Shown here piece after piece: positions 33,465-44,577 of a stretch of DNA of 64,000 nucleotides. Each line of letters begins with the position of its first letter. Positions within the stretch are counted from its first letter, which is position 1. The notes beneath the pieces were generated by a model, which did not search any database, was not told the DNA's origin, and saw only the letters and a list, made by a program, of their open reading frames with translations. This DNA is from Gammaproteobacteria bacterium (GTDB lineage: Bacteria; Pseudomonadota; Gammaproteobacteria; Ga0077536), in assembly GCA_963662545.2 (NCBI GenBank), contig CAXXLL010000002.1, positions 192,001 through 256,000 on the forward strand. Direction: 5' to 3'. The position numbers and the translations under genes are program-made.

Positions 33465-36362
33465 ATGACTGAACGATCGCGGCTTGCCGATCTCGAAATG
33501 CGCGGCGATTTCATTCGCCGGCACATCGGCCCGGATCGGGGTCAGATCGCGACGATGGTCGCGGCAGTGGGGCTGGATTCCCTGGAGCAGATCGTCGCGG
33601 CGGCGGTGCCCGACGACATCGTCTCGAACGAGCCGCTGGCGCTCACCGAAACCATTAGCGAGCGCGCGGTCATCACCTATTTGCGCAACATGCGGGCGCG
33701 CAACCGCGTCCTGATCTCCATGATCGGCATGGGTTACTACGGCACCATCATGCCTGCGGTCATCAAGCGCAACGTGCTGGAGAACCCCGGCTGGTATACC
33801 GCCTACACGCCTTACCAGGCCGAGATCAGTCAGGGCCGCCTCGAAGCCCTGTTGAATTACCAGCAGATGGTCATCGACCTGACCGGCATGGAGATAGCGA
33901 ACGCCTCGATGCTTGACGAAGCCACTGCGGCGGCCGAGGCGATGGCCATGGCCCGGCGAGTGTCGAAGACCGCATCGATGCGATTTCTGGTCGATCTGGA
34001 CTGCCATCCGCAGACGATCGCGGTGGTGAAAACGCGTGCACGGTATTTCGGTATCGAGATCGTGGTCGACGAAGCGGTGAGCGCCATCAATGAGGGCGAA
34101 TTTTTCGGTGTGCTCGTGCAGTACCCGGGATCGAGTGGCACTGTCAGCGACTACACCCGCCTCATCGAGACGGCGCACGCCGGCGGTGCGCTCGTCACCG
34201 TGGCTTCTGATCTGCTGGGCCTGGTCTTGCTGAGATCACCGGGCACGATGGGTGCCGACATCGTCGTCGGCAACGCGCAGCGCTTCGGTGTCCCCATGGG
34301 CTACGGCGGACCGCACGCGGCGTTTTACGCGACGCGTGAAAAATTCGTGCGCTCCATGCCGGGACGGGTGATCGGCGTCTCACTCGACAGCGAAGGGCGG
34401 CCGGCGCTGCGCATGGCCTTGCAGACTCGCGAGCAGCATATCCGCCGCGAGAAGGCGACCAGCAACATCTGTACCTCGCAGGTGCTGCTCGCCGTGATCG
34501 CGGGCTTCTACGCGATCTATCACGGACCGAAAGGCCTCGCGCTCATCGCCGGGCGGGTCCATCGCCTCATGCAGATCCTCCATGCGGGTCTCCGCAGACT
34601 CGGCTACGAAGTGCTGACCGAAGTCTATTTCGACACGATCACCGTGCGGGTTCCGCACCGCGCGCGCCATATCGCCGCGAAAGCGCGCGAGGCGGGTATC
34701 AACCTGCGTGTAGTCGACGCGGATCATATCGGTGTCGCGTTCGACGAGACCATCAACCGCGCGGCTCTGCGATCGCTCTGGCGGGTGTTTGCGCGCGAAG
34801 CGGATGACGCGCTCGACCTCATTGCCCTCGACGCCGGCATTGAAGAATGCCTTCCCGCGGCGCTGCGGCGCAGGGGCGAGATCCTGACCCATCCGGTGTT
34901 CGAGCGGTATCACTCGGAGACCGAGATGATGCGCTACATGCGCCGCCTGGCCCGGCGCGACATCGCGCTCGATCGCGCCATGATCCCGCTGGGTTCCTGC
35001 ACCATGAAACTGAACGCCGCGGTCGAAATGCAAGCCCTGTCCTATCGCGAATTCAACAGCCTGCACCCCTTTGCGCCGCTGGATCAGGCGCAGGGCTACC
35101 AGCAGATGTTCGATGAGCTCGAAGGCATGTTGTGTGATCTCACCGGTTTCACCGCCTTCTCGCTGCAGCCAAACGCGGGATCACAAGGGGAGTACACCGG
35201 GCTTCTGGTCGTGCGCAAGTACCACGAAGTCCGTGGCGAGCCGCAGCGCGACGTCTGCCTGATCCCCGCCTCGGCACACGGCACAAATCCCGCCAGCGCG
35301 GTGATGGCCGGGCTGCGCGTGGTGGTCGTTGCCTGCGATGACGAGGGCAACGTCGATGTCAAAGACCTCAAACGCAAGGCCGACGAGTACGCTGAGCGAC
35401 TCGCGGTTTTGATGATCACCTATCCGTCGACCCACGGTGTCTACGAAGCGTCGATCCAGGAAGTCTGCAACATCGTGCATGGGCGCGGGGGCCAGGTCTA
35501 CATGGACGGCGCCAATCTCAACGCATTGGTGGGCGTGTGCCGGCCCGCCGAAATCGGCGCCGACGTCATGCACGTCAACCTGCACAAGACCTTCGCCATT
35601 CCGCACGGCGGCGGCGGTCCCGGCATGGGACCGATCGGCGTGATGCCGCACTTGACGCCGTATCTGCCGGATCATCCGGTGGTCGGCGGGGTCAATCCGG
35701 CGGCGGGCAAGAACGGGACCGTAGGGACAGTGTCGGCCGCGCCCTGGGGCTCTGCCAGCGTCCTCACGATCTCGTGGGCTTACATCGCCATGATGGGGGC
35801 GCAGGGCCTGCGCCGCGCGACGATGGTCGCGATCCTCGCGGCGAATTACATCGCGCGCCGCCTGCAGCCGCATTACCCGGTGCTTTACACCGGCAAGAAC
35901 GGCATGGTCGCCCACGAATGCATCATCGACCTGCGTCCACTCAAGGCCGCCACGGGAGTAACAGTCGACGACATCGCCAAACGCCTCATCGACTACGGCT
36001 TTCACGCCCCGACCATGTCCTTCCCGGTCGCAGACACCCTGATGATCGAACCGACGGAAAGCGAGAACAAGCGCGAGATCGATCGCTTCTGCGACGCCAT
36101 GATCGCCATCCGCGCGGAAATCGAGGCCATAGAAAAAGGCATCGCGGATCGCGAGAACAATCTGCTCAAAAACGCCCCGCACACCCACCGCATGCTGATC
36201 GCGGACGACTGGGACAAGCCCTATACCAAGGCGCAGGCCTTCTTCCCGATGGAGGGCCAGCACGAGGACAAGTACTGGCCGCCAGTCGGGCGGATCGATA
36301 ATGCTTACGGGGATAAGAACCTGTTTTGTAGTTGTCCGCCGATGGAGGCGTTCGCCGATTGA
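33465..36362 (+). CDS. gcvP: Glycine dehydrogenase (decarboxylating), P protein
   Basis: [48 protein letters not shown] and EPTESE motifs. Confidence 0.97.
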   Translation: MTERSRLADLEMRGDFIRRHIGPDRGQIATMVAAVGLDSLEQIVAAAVPDDIVSNEPLALTETISERAVITYLRNMRARNRVLISMIGMGYYGTIMPAVIKRNVLENPGWYTAYTPYQAEISQGRLEALLNYQQMVIDLTGMEIANASMLDEATAAAEAMAMARRVSKTASMRFLVDLDCHPQTIAVVKTRARYFGIEIVVDEAVSAINEGEFFGVLVQYPGSSGTVSDYTRLIETAHAGGALVTVASDLLGLVLLRSPGTMGADIVVGNAQRFGVPMGYGGPHAAFYATREKFVRSMPGRVIGVSLDSEGRPALRMALQTREQHIRREKATSNICTSQVLLAVIAGFYAIYHGPKGLALIAGRVHRLMQILHAGLRRLGYEVLTEVYFDTITVRVPHRARHIAAKAREAGINLRVVDADHIGVAFDETINRAALRSLWRVFAREADDALDLIALDAGIEECLPAALRRRGEILTHPVFERYHSETEMMRYMRRLARRDIALDRAMIPLGSCTMKLNAAVEMQALSYREFNSLHPFAPLDQAQGYQQMFDELEGMLCDLTGFTAFSLQPNAGSQGEYTGLLVVRKYHEVRGEPQRDVCLIPASAHGTNPASAVMAGLRVVVVACDDEGNVDVKDLKRKADEYAERLAVLMITYPSTHGVYEASIQEVCNIVHGRGGQVYMDGANLNALVGVCRPAEIGADVMHVNLHKTFAIPHGGGGPGMGPIGVMPHLTPYLPDHPVVGGVNPAAGKNGTVGTVSAAPWGSASVLTISWAYIAMMGAQGLRRATMVAILAANYIARRLQPHYPVLYTGKNGMVAHECIIDLRPLKAATGVTVDDIAKRLIDYGFHAPTMSFPVADTLMIEPTESENKREIDRFCDAMIAIRAEIEAIEKGIADRENNLLKNAPHTHRMLIADDWDKPYTKAQAFFPMEGQHEDKYWPPVGRIDNAYGDKNLFCSCPPMEAFAD

Positions 36363-36369
36363 CGAATCA

Positions 36370-36407
36370 TTGACATATTGATGCATCATTAATATGCTTT
36401 GATGCAT
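36370..36407 (+). promoter_or_regulatory. sigma70 promoter with TA operator palindromes; probably leaderless
   Basis: TTGACA(36370)-17 bp-TATGCT(36393). TGATGCATCA palindrome in the spacer and TGATGCAT over the start codon. ATG lies 7 nt after the -10 with no RBS. Confidence 0.8.
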
Positions 36408-36651
36408 GCGTACCACCATACGACTCGACGATGAACTCCTGAAGGCAGCTAAACGCCATGCGTCGGAATCCGGCAGCACGGTCACGGCGGTCATCGAGGA
36501 AGCACTACGTGAAAAGCTGTTGCGCAGCCGAAACCAGCCCCAGGCCGCCCGTAAAATTCGCTTGAAAATAACCGGGGAAGGCGGCGTACAACCGGGTGTC
36601 GATCTGGACGACAGCGCAGCGCTGCTGGATGCGATGGAGGGCCGTTATTGA
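36406..36651 (+). CDS. vapB: VapB-type RHH antitoxin
   Basis: MRTTIRLDDELL...VIEEALR ribbon-helix-helix; overlaps the PIN toxin gene. Confidence 0.88.
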   Translation: MRTTIRLDDELLKAAKRHASESGSTVTAVIEEALREKLLRSRNQPQAARKIRLKITGEGGVQPGVDLDDSAALLDAMEGRY

Positions 36652-37076
36652 TCCTGCCGGATGTCAACGTGCTGGTGTACGCGCACCGGCGGGACGCAGA
36701 GAATCATAAGCAATACCGAGCCTGGCTCGAAGAGTCGGTAAACGCCGAAGAATCGTTCGGTCTCGCCGATCTCGTCTTGAGTGGATTCGTGCGCGTCGTC
36801 ACCCACCCCCGCGTGTTCAAGGCGCCGAGCCGCCTCGCCGACGCTCTCGCATTTTGCGAACAATTACGCACGGCCGAGAACTGTGTGGCGGTCAATCCGG
36901 GGCCAAGACACTGGGAAATTTTCGGCCGACTGTGCCGGGCGGCGGATGCCCGCGGTAACCTCGTCCCCGACGCCTATCTCGCGGCGCTCGCGATCGAGGC
37001 CGGATGTGAATGGATCACGACCGACCGGGATTTCGGACGATTCCCGGGCCTACGGTGGCGGCATCCGCTGCGCTAA
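36648..37076 (+). CDS. vapC: VapC PIN-domain toxin
   Basis: PDVNVLVYA, GNLVPDAYLAALA and TTDRDF motifs. Confidence 0.92.
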   Translation: MILPDVNVLVYAHRRDAENHKQYRAWLEESVNAEESFGLADLVLSGFVRVVTHPRVFKAPSRLADALAFCEQLRTAENCVAVNPGPRHWEIFGRLCRAADARGNLVPDAYLAALAIEAGCEWITTDRDFGRFPGLRWRHPLR

Positions 37077-37084
37077 AAGTGGAG

Positions 37085-40000
37085 TCAATGGCGCTTCGTC
37101 AAACGCTCGACGTGACCTTGCGCACCCAGCTTCGAAAACGCGTCCTTCGCATGCTGAAGCTCCGAGGCGGCGTCCCAATCCGAGTCGAACGCCCGCGCGA
37201 ATTCGGCGCGGCGCTCGTGCAGGAACGGCTGAACGACGACCGCACCCGTTCGATCGATCAGTGAGTGCGTTTCCTCGAGGGCCGCGAGTGCGCCCTGCCG
37301 ATCACCCAAGCCTGTATGGGCCTGGGCCGAGGCCAGCCAGGGCGGAAGCTCCCAATACAGTTGATGTTCGTGGCAGAACCCGACGGCCTCCAGGGCTATC
37401 TCACGCGCACGTTCCAGATTGCCGAGCGCGACTTCCGCTTGGGCGAGGATCCCCATGGCACTTCCCAGGTGCGCCCGACCGATATTTTCACCCTCCATGA
37501 TTTCGATGGCTTTCTTCGACGCCGCGGCCGAACTTTCGAATTCACACTGATAAAGCAACGCGTTGCCCATCGCCCAATGCGCCATACCCCTCGCGTAACC
37601 CGTTCCCCCAAATTCGGCTTCGGACACAGCCGTATGTGCCAAACTCATCGCCCGCTCAAAATTCCCGTAATAAGCAGACACGATGCTCTCGAGGGATATG
37701 AGTGAACGAGACGAATTCGGGAATCTTGTTGGTCTGAGCATGCGCTTTTCGAATGAATTCGCGAGCGCGCGAGTAGTCTCCAAGGTAACAATTCGTCAAG
37801 CCGACGCCCATTAAAAGCGACCACCGGATACTAAATCCTGTATATCGTGCGCCCCAGTAGGCCTCATCGGGAATTTTCTCGAGTACCTTATTCGCGAGGT
37901 CGATAGCCTCTTGAAAACGGCCGGAAAAGATATAACCGAACACGACCCAGTTCCGCTCGCAGCATTGGAGTTCCTCGTCATTCGTGAGATCGGCCAGGCG
38001 CGCCGCTTCTTCCCCGTAGGTCGCATAATCGTTGGCATAACCCTGCGAGATGCCGCGTAATGCTGAATAAGAGCCGGTCAAAACGGCTTTCAGGGCCGTG
38101 TTTCCCGCACGTTCCGCGAGCGAGATGCCGTCTTCGAAATACGCGCGCGCCTGGTCTTCCGTCGCACCCAGTCGCCACCAGAGGTTACTGATCTGCCCGC
38201 AAGCCTCGGCCCCGATGGTGAAAATCTCCGTCGACGGTTCCAATTCGTCAACAAGTCCCCGGACTTTCTCCCAATGCTCCAATGCCGATGCGGGATCCTT
38301 GACGTTCGCGATTTCCGCGGCCTTCCGATGCCAATTAAGGGCCTGCTCCGGTATGCCCGCGCGTTCCCAGTGGTAGGCAAGCATCGAAGAAAATTCGTCG
38401 ATACGTTGTACTTCCAGTTCTTCTATGGCAGCGGCCACGGCTGCATGCCTGGCAGCGCGCTGCTCCCTCAATTGAGTCTCGTAGGCGACCTCGTGGACGA
38501 GCGGGTGCTTGAACGAATACTCGACGACGGGGTAGAGCGAGGTTTCGTAAACGAAATCCACCGCTTTAAGGCGTTCAAGCGCCGCAGCCAGGTCGGCCGC
38601 GGCGGTGTCGGTGATCTTCTCAATGAGCGGGCGTGAAAAAACTTTCCCGGCAACCGATGCCGCCTGGAGAACGTGCTTCGAGGTTTCATCGAGCCGGTCG
38701 ATGCGCGCGGCGATGATGGCCTGCACGTTTAACGGCACTTCGAGTAGATCGACGTCGCGGCTCAGGCGGTAGGCCCCACGCTTACCTTCGAGCTGCCCGG
38801 TTTCGATCAAGGTATTGATCACTTCCTCGGTATACAGAGGGTTGCCGCCGGTCCAGTGCATGATCTTTTCAGTCAATCGAGTGACGGAGGCATCGTCGCC
38901 CAGCAGGGTTTCTACCATTTCCTGCAGCGCCTCCGGCCCCAGCGGAATCAGCGGCAATTGCTGGTAATGGGCTCTTCCGTTCCAGGCTGCCTGGTATTCG
39001 GGCCTGAAGTTCACGAGGACGAGGGCATGGCTGTTCTCGGCGGCCTCGACCAGCTGTGCCACGAACGCGTCGCTCCAGCTGTCGACCCAGTGCAGATCGT
39101 CGATGAATGTAACGGAGGCCATGCCGCGCTCGCTTCGCGCACGCACGAGCTTGTGCAGCAGGTCGAACAACTGGCGCTGCCGGGCGTCGGCGTCGAGTTG
39201 CGGGGCGGGACGGTCGGGATCGTCGACGCCGAGGAAATCGAACAGCACCGGCATTCCCTCATGCAGAGTCGGGTCGAGCAGGACCAGTGCGCCGGCAATC
39301 TTCTGGCGTGCCTGCCCGGCGGAATCCTGCTCGGAGATATCGAAGTAATTGCGGAACAATTCGAGGATCGGAATGAACGGTATCGTCTTGCCGTGCGCTG
39401 GGCAGTGCGCCTCGTAGACCGGAACCCCCTGCACGCGGCAGCGTTCGGCGAACTCGAAACACAAGCGGCTCTTGCCGAGCCCCGGCTCGCCGACCACGCC
39501 GACTACCTGCCCGTGCCCGGCTTTCACCCGCTCGAGCGCCGTTTCCAGGATCCGCATTTCGTCCTCCCGGCCAACGAATTGTGTCAATCCCCGGGCGCGG
39601 GATATGTCCAGCCGAGAGCGTGCCGTCGTCGTCCCGTCGAGATCAAAGACCGCCAATGCTTCTTCAGCGTCGGATAAGTTCGACCTACCCAGATCCGACA
39701 GTCGAAAAAAACCCTCTACCAGGCGCGCCGTGTGTTCGCTGACGTACACGCGGCCGGATTCGGCGATCTGCTCCAGACGCTGGGCGACGCCCACCGTGTG
39801 TCCTTGTGCGGTATAGTCCATGCGCAGATCGTCGCCAATCTTGCCGACCACGACTTCGCCCGAGTTGATCCCGATTCGCACGCCGAAATCCAGCCCGCGC
39901 TCCAAGCGCAGTTCGATCGCGTAGCGCCGCAGATCTTCCCGCATCTGCAAGGCCGCATAACACGCCCGCTGCGCGTGGTCTTCGTGCGCGATCGGCGCGC

Positions 40001-40433
40001 CGAACAGCGCCATAGCGCCGTCACCGGTATATTGATTGACGGTGCCCTCGAAACGGTGCACACCTTCAGTCAAGATCGAAAAAAAGCGCTCCAGGATACG
40101 GTGCCAGTCTTCGGGGTCCAGGCGGGCGGCGAGATTCATTGAGCCCTTTACGTCGGCGAAGAGTACGGTTACCTGTTTGCGCTCGCCTTCGAGCGCCGAG
40201 CGGGAATTCAAGATCTTGTCGACGAGGTGCTTCGGCGTGTAATCGGCGATCGCCCGGGTCGGCAAGGGTTCAGTCTTCGACGCTGTAGTGGATGCCCCGC
40301 ACTTCGAGCAAAATTTCGCGCCGGGTTTGAGTTCGGCGCCGCAGCTTGCGCAGTTTGCCATCAGCGCGGCGCCGCACTCCGAACAGAAAACGTCGTCGGA
40401 TCCGTTTGCATGTTGGCAAGCGGGGCAGTTCAT
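37085..40433 (-). pseudogene. Zn-ribbon/class III cyclase/STAND ATPase/TPR-like protein, paralog 1 (frameshift near 37699)
   Basis: Four CxxC, FADVKGS..TGDG, GEPGLGKS, IDDLHW and GNP motifs. The C-terminal ~200 aa continue in ORF 37085-37783 and match the ends of the other paralogs. Confidence 0.88.
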
Positions 40434-40452
40434 TTTTGCATGCCTGCACCTA

Positions 40453-43400
40453 TCAACCGATCAGCCGGGCCATCCGCTCCGCGTTCCCGGGCGCGCCGAT
40501 CTCCAGAAACAAATCATGTGCTTTCTGCAACTCGACCTCCGGCGACCAGTCACACTTAAAGGCCTGTGCGAATTCCGCGCGGCATTCATGCAGGAAGGGT
40601 TCGAAAGTAGACGCGCCCGTCTCTCGCAGGATGCCCGTAACTTCGTCGATCAGTTCTCGCGCGGCGGCCTGGCCACCTGCCTGAATATGAACGCGTGCCA
40701 TGGCGATCCACGGCTGGAGGGACATTCTGAAATTGTGCTCGCGGCAGTGTGCCAGAATCTCTTCTCCCACGTCCCGCGCTTTATCGATGGCGCCGCTGTT
40801 CAGCAGTGCTTCAACCAGAAACGGATCAGCCGTGGCGCGAAGTAATCCGTATGCGCGGTTGTCCAGAGAAATCTTCCGCCCCCTCTCGAGGTATTCAATC
40901 GCCGCCTCGAAATCTCCATCGATAAACGCGGTGACCCCGGCGCCGAGATCCGCCGCGACCGGTATTACACCGGATGGCGATTTTTCGGCGGTCTCAAACA
41001 GCAAATGAACGAAACGGCGCGCGGTAGTCTGATCGCCGGCATAAGCTGCGTTCGTTAATTCCCAGTAATCGGCGTACACCTTGCCATCGGGAAAAAGGCT
41101 CTGCTGCATTTGCTCGCGCGCCTTTTCATATTGCGGCCCCGCTTCGGCCAGATGCCCGACGACGGACAGTCGCACGGCGTCGGCCAGTGCGATCAGCGCC
41201 GACGGACTGATCGCGGTTGCTGATGTGCCAAAGCGCGTATCATCAGGCAGTTTTTCACGGAGCGCCTGAATGACATCCGCGGCTTCGTGCAGGTTGCCGT
41301 TTGCGTTATGTGCCCAGGGCAGGTAACTCTCCATACTGCATTGCAACTCGAAATCGTCGAGTTCCTTCGCAATATTCGACGCTTCAGTCGTATAAGTCAG
41401 ATAATCGTCGGCATTGGCTAGCCCTACCCCCCGCACGACGCCGTAACCGAGGTAGAGTCCTGCCATAAGTGCCTTGTTCCCCGCGGCCTCGGCCAAGCGT
41501 TTACCGTCTTCGAATAGCTGTTGGGCTTCGGCATCGGTCGAACTCAAGCGCCAGCCGATCATCAGTATGCGCGAGCAGGCAACAGCCCCGGTCGACAGCG
41601 TTGCCGCGTCCGCTGGCAGCTCCTCCGCCAGTTCGCGCACGCGATGCCAATGACGCATCGATGCTGGTGCGTCATGCCCTTCCGTTATTGTGGCCGCGCG
41701 TTGATGCCATTCGAGCGCCTTCGCTAGATCACCGGCAGCGTCCCAGTGGTAAGCGAGCAGTGATGCCTGTTTATCGAGGGCGCTTTGTTCCCCGGCCTCT
41801 ATCGCTTGAGCAACCGCTGCGTGAACCTCCGCGCGGCGCGTCTCGAGTTGTCCGTCGTAGGCGACTTCTTGGGTCAACGGGTGTTTGAAGCCGTATTCGG
41901 CAATCGGATAGAGCGCGCGCTCGTGCACGAAATCACCGTTCTTGAGGCGGTTGATTGCCATTGATAGTTCGTCCGCACTCAATCCGGCAATAGCATTCAA
42001 TAGCGGCCCAGAAAACTCTTTGCCGATCACCGAAGCCGCCTGCAACACGCGCTTGGCGGTGTCCGGCAGCCGGTCGATACGTGCAGCCAGCACCGAGCGC
42101 ACGTTAACGGGTACCTGCAATTCGTCGACCGGCGTCACGCGGCGGTAGGCACCCGGCGCCCCTTCCAGATGCCCACTTTCCGCCAGCATCTGCACGACTT
42201 CTTCGGTAAAGAAAGGATTGCCGCTGGTCCATTGCATGATGCGATCGACGAGTTCCGAAGTTGACGGATCCGTGCCGAGCAGACTTTCGACGAGTTCGCG
42301 CAGATCGGCGGCTTCCAGCGGTACCAATGGGAGTTGCTGGTAATAGGTCTTATTGGTCCACTCGGCCTGGTATTCGGGCCGGAAATTCAACAGAAATAGA
42401 TTGCGGCTGGCCGCAGTGGCTTCCACGAATTGGGCCACGAAGGCGTCACTGCCCTGATCGATCCAGTGCAGATCGTCGATGAAGGCCACGGTCGAGATCC
42501 CCTGCTCGTTGTGCACGCGATAGAATCTATGCATGAGTTCGAAAAGCGCGTGTTGCCGCGCATCGGCATCGAGCTCGGGCGCCGGCCGATCCGGATCGCC
42601 CACCCCCATGAAATCGAACAGCACCGGCAAGCTGTCGATCAGGCTTTCGTCGAGCAGGAGCAGCGCGCCGGCGATCTTCTGCCGCGTCGCGGCCGCGCCA
42701 TCTTGCGACGTGACGCCGAAGTAGCTGCGGTACAGTTCGAGGATCGGGATGTAGGGAATGTTCTTGCCGTGCGCCGGGCAGTGGCCCTCGATCACTTCCA
42801 CGCCATCTGCGCGACACTGCTGGACGAATTCATAGCACAGCCGGCTCTTGCCGAGCCCCGGCTCCCCGACAACACCGACGACCTGTCCATGCCCGTTCCT
42901 GGCCCGCGCCAGCGCGGCGTTCAGAATGTTCATCTCATCGTTGCGGCCGACGAAACGGGTGAGACCGCGTGAGCGGGATACATCGAGACGCGTGCGCGAT
43001 GCCCCCACACCCTCCAGTTCGAATACCCCAACGGGTTCATTCGCGCCGCTCAGTTTCGACACGCCGAGGTCCCGCAGCTCGAAATAACCGTCGACGAGCC
43101 GTTGCGTATGCTCGCTCAGGTAAATTCGATCGGTCGCGGCAAGCTGTTCGATGCGCTGGGCGAGTCCTACGCTGTGTCCCTGGGCGGTGTAGTCCATCCT
43201 GAGGTCGTCACCGATCTTGCCGACGACCACGTCGCCGGAATTGAGTCCGAGCCGCACCCCGAAGTTGAGCCCGCGCTCGATGCGCAGTTGATCCGCGTAG
43301 GCCGTCAACTTCGCGCGCGCGTCGAGCGCCGCATAGCACGCGCGTTGCGCATGGTCTTCATGCGCGATGGGCGCACCGAACAGCGCCATGATCCCGTCGC

Positions 43401-43809
43401 CGGTGTATTGATTGACCGTGCCTTCGTAGCGGTGCACTGCATCGGTCAGAATCGTGAAGAAACGGTCGAGAATGTAGTGCCACGCCTCCGGATCGAGTTG
43501 CTCCGCCAACTCCATCGATCCCTTTACATCGGCGAACATGACCGTCACCTGCTTGCGCTCTCCTTCGAGCGCCGATCGCGTGGTCAGGATCTTTTCGGCA
43601 AGGTGTTTCGGCGTGTAGTCGCCGATGCGACGAGGCGGCGGCTTTACCGATTCACCATCAGCCGTCCCAGTGCCGCACTTCGGGCAAAATTTGGCAGTCG
43701 CTTTAAGTTCGGCGCCGCAATTCGCGCATGACACTGCGAGCTTCGCGCCACATTCTTCGCAGAAGAGAGCGTCTTGATCGTTTGCATGCTGGCAGGTAGG
43801 GCAGTTCAT
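40453..43809 (-). CDS. Zn-ribbon/class III cyclase/STAND ATPase/TPR-like protein, paralog 2
   Basis: 1118 aa, same domain order: Walker A GEPGLGKS, Walker B IDDLHW, WTSGNP, FKHPLTQEVAY and a helical-repeat C-terminus. Confidence 0.92.
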   Translation of the reverse strand: MNCPTCQHANDQDALFCEECGAKLAVSCANCGAELKATAKFCPKCGTGTADGESVKPPPRRIGDYTPKHLAEKILTTRSALEGERKQVTVMFADVKGSMELAEQLDPEAWHYILDRFFTILTDAVHRYEGTVNQYTGDGIMALFGAPIAHEDHAQRACYAALDARAKLTAYADQLRIERGLNFGVRLGLNSGDVVVGKIGDDLRMDYTAQGHSVGLAQRIEQLAATDRIYLSEHTQRLVDGYFELRDLGVSKLSGANEPVGVFELEGVGASRTRLDVSRSRGLTRFVGRNDEMNILNAALARARNGHGQVVGVVGEPGLGKSRLCYEFVQQCRADGVEVIEGHCPAHGKNIPYIPILELYRSYFGVTSQDGAAATRQKIAGALLLLDESLIDSLPVLFDFMGVGDPDRPAPELDADARQHALFELMHRFYRVHNEQGISTVAFIDDLHWIDQGSDAFVAQFVEATAASRNLFLLNFRPEYQAEWTNKTYYQQLPLVPLEAADLRELVESLLGTDPSTSELVDRIMQWTSGNPFFTEEVVQMLAESGHLEGAPGAYRRVTPVDELQVPVNVRSVLAARIDRLPDTAKRVLQAASVIGKEFSGPLLNAIAGLSADELSMAINRLKNGDFVHERALYPIAEYGFKHPLTQEVAYDGQLETRRAEVHAAVAQAIEAGEQSALDKQASLLAYHWDAAGDLAKALEWHQRAATITEGHDAPASMRHWHRVRELAEELPADAATLSTGAVACSRILMIGWRLSSTDAEAQQLFEDGKRLAEAAGNKALMAGLYLGYGVVRGVGLANADDYLTYTTEASNIAKELDDFELQCSMESYLPWAHNANGNLHEAADVIQALREKLPDDTRFGTSATAISPSALIALADAVRLSVVGHLAEAGPQYEKAREQMQQSLFPDGKVYADYWELTNAAYAGDQTTARRFVHLLFETAEKSPSGVIPVAADLGAGVTAFIDGDFEAAIEYLERGRKISLDNRAYGLLRATADPFLVEALLNSGAIDKARDVGEEILAHCREHNFRMSLQPWIAMARVHIQAGGQAAARELIDEVTGILRETGASTFEPFLHECRAEFAQAFKCDWSPEVELQKAHDLFLEIGAPGNAERMARLIG

Positions 43810-43887
43810 CGTTCGTCAGGTCCGCACAGAGATCCAGGGTGATTATCGATCAACCACCCCGCCAGCTACCGAGTGATTACGTCGCGC

Positions 43888-43943
43888 TTGCACAAGAGTA
43901 CCTCAACCATACATAATGTCGTTTGATGTCATTGACATTAAAC
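43888..43943 (+). promoter_or_regulatory. TA promoter and operator palindrome
   Basis: TTGCAC-18 bp-CATAAT followed by the inverted repeat GTTTGATGTCA-T-TGACATTAAAC (43921-43943). Confidence 0.65.
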
Positions 43944-43952
43944 GGGGTTATT

Positions 43953-44174
43953 ATGACTCAAATTACCGCGCGCCTGCCCGACGAACTTGTCCAGGCCTTG
44001 GATCAAACGGCGCGCAGCCTTAATCGCTCCCGGGCCGAAGTGATCCGGCAAGCCGTGGAACGTTACCTGGAAGATTTCGATGACCTGAGTGTCGCAATCG
44101 AGCGATTACAGGATCCTAATGATCCTGTTCTCGACTGGGATGAGGTCAAGCGTGATCTACTCGGTCAGAATTAA
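43953..44174 (+). CDS. RHH (CopG-like) antitoxin
   Basis: ITARLPDEL...RSRAEVIRQAVERYLED with an acidic tail; overlaps the toxin gene. Confidence 0.88.
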   Translation: MTQITARLPDELVQALDQTARSLNRSRAEVIRQAVERYLEDFDDLSVAIERLQDPNDPVLDWDEVKRDLLGQN

Positions 44175-44424
44175 GGGTAGTGCAGCGAAAGAGCTTGCCG
44201 GGATCGAAAAAGCACCTCGGGCGCAGATCATCGAATCGATCGATGCGCTGGCTGAGAATCCCCACAGGGGCAGTGCGCTGAAAGGTGACCTGAGCGGGCT
44301 GCGCCGAATACGCGTTGGTAACTATCGAGTGATCTACGAGATTATCAAGGTTGAAGTCCTTGTCCTCGTAGTCCAGGTGCGACACCGGCGAGATGTCTAT
44401 CGCAAGAGAGGCGCGACTCGCTGA
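44152..44424 (+). CDS. relE: RelE/ParE-family toxin
   Basis: LKGDLSGLRRIRVGNYRVIYEI...VRHRRDVY motif; GTG start at 44152. Confidence 0.9.
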   Translation: MIYSVRIKGSAAKELAGIEKAPRAQIIESIDALAENPHRGSALKGDLSGLRRIRVGNYRVIYEIIKVEVLVLVVQVRHRRDVYRKRGATR

Positions 44425-44433
44425 GATTGACCT

Positions 44434-44574
44434 TCAGCGCCGAGCTCGGTGTGCATCGCGCAGTTCGTCGTCCGCCGACCACTCGCATTTGAATGACCCG
44501 GCGAACGTTGGGCGGCATTCGTAGAGCAATAGTTGGTAGACGTTACTGCTATGCTGGCAGGCGGGGCAGTCCAT
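44434..44574 (-). pseudogene. Collapsed remnant of a fourth cyclase-STAND-TPR paralog
   Basis: Translates MDCPACQHSSNVYQLLLYECRPTFAGSFKCEWSADDELRDAHRARR, i.e. the paralog N-terminus joined to the paralog C-terminus. Confidence 0.82.
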
Positions 44575-44577
44575 TGG

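Noticed and set aside
35181-36494. Long antisense or alternate-frame ORFs (also 24694-25668, 30117-31181, 50960-51985)
   Set aside because: Shadow ORFs of well-supported genes in GC-rich DNA, with no recognisable motifs.
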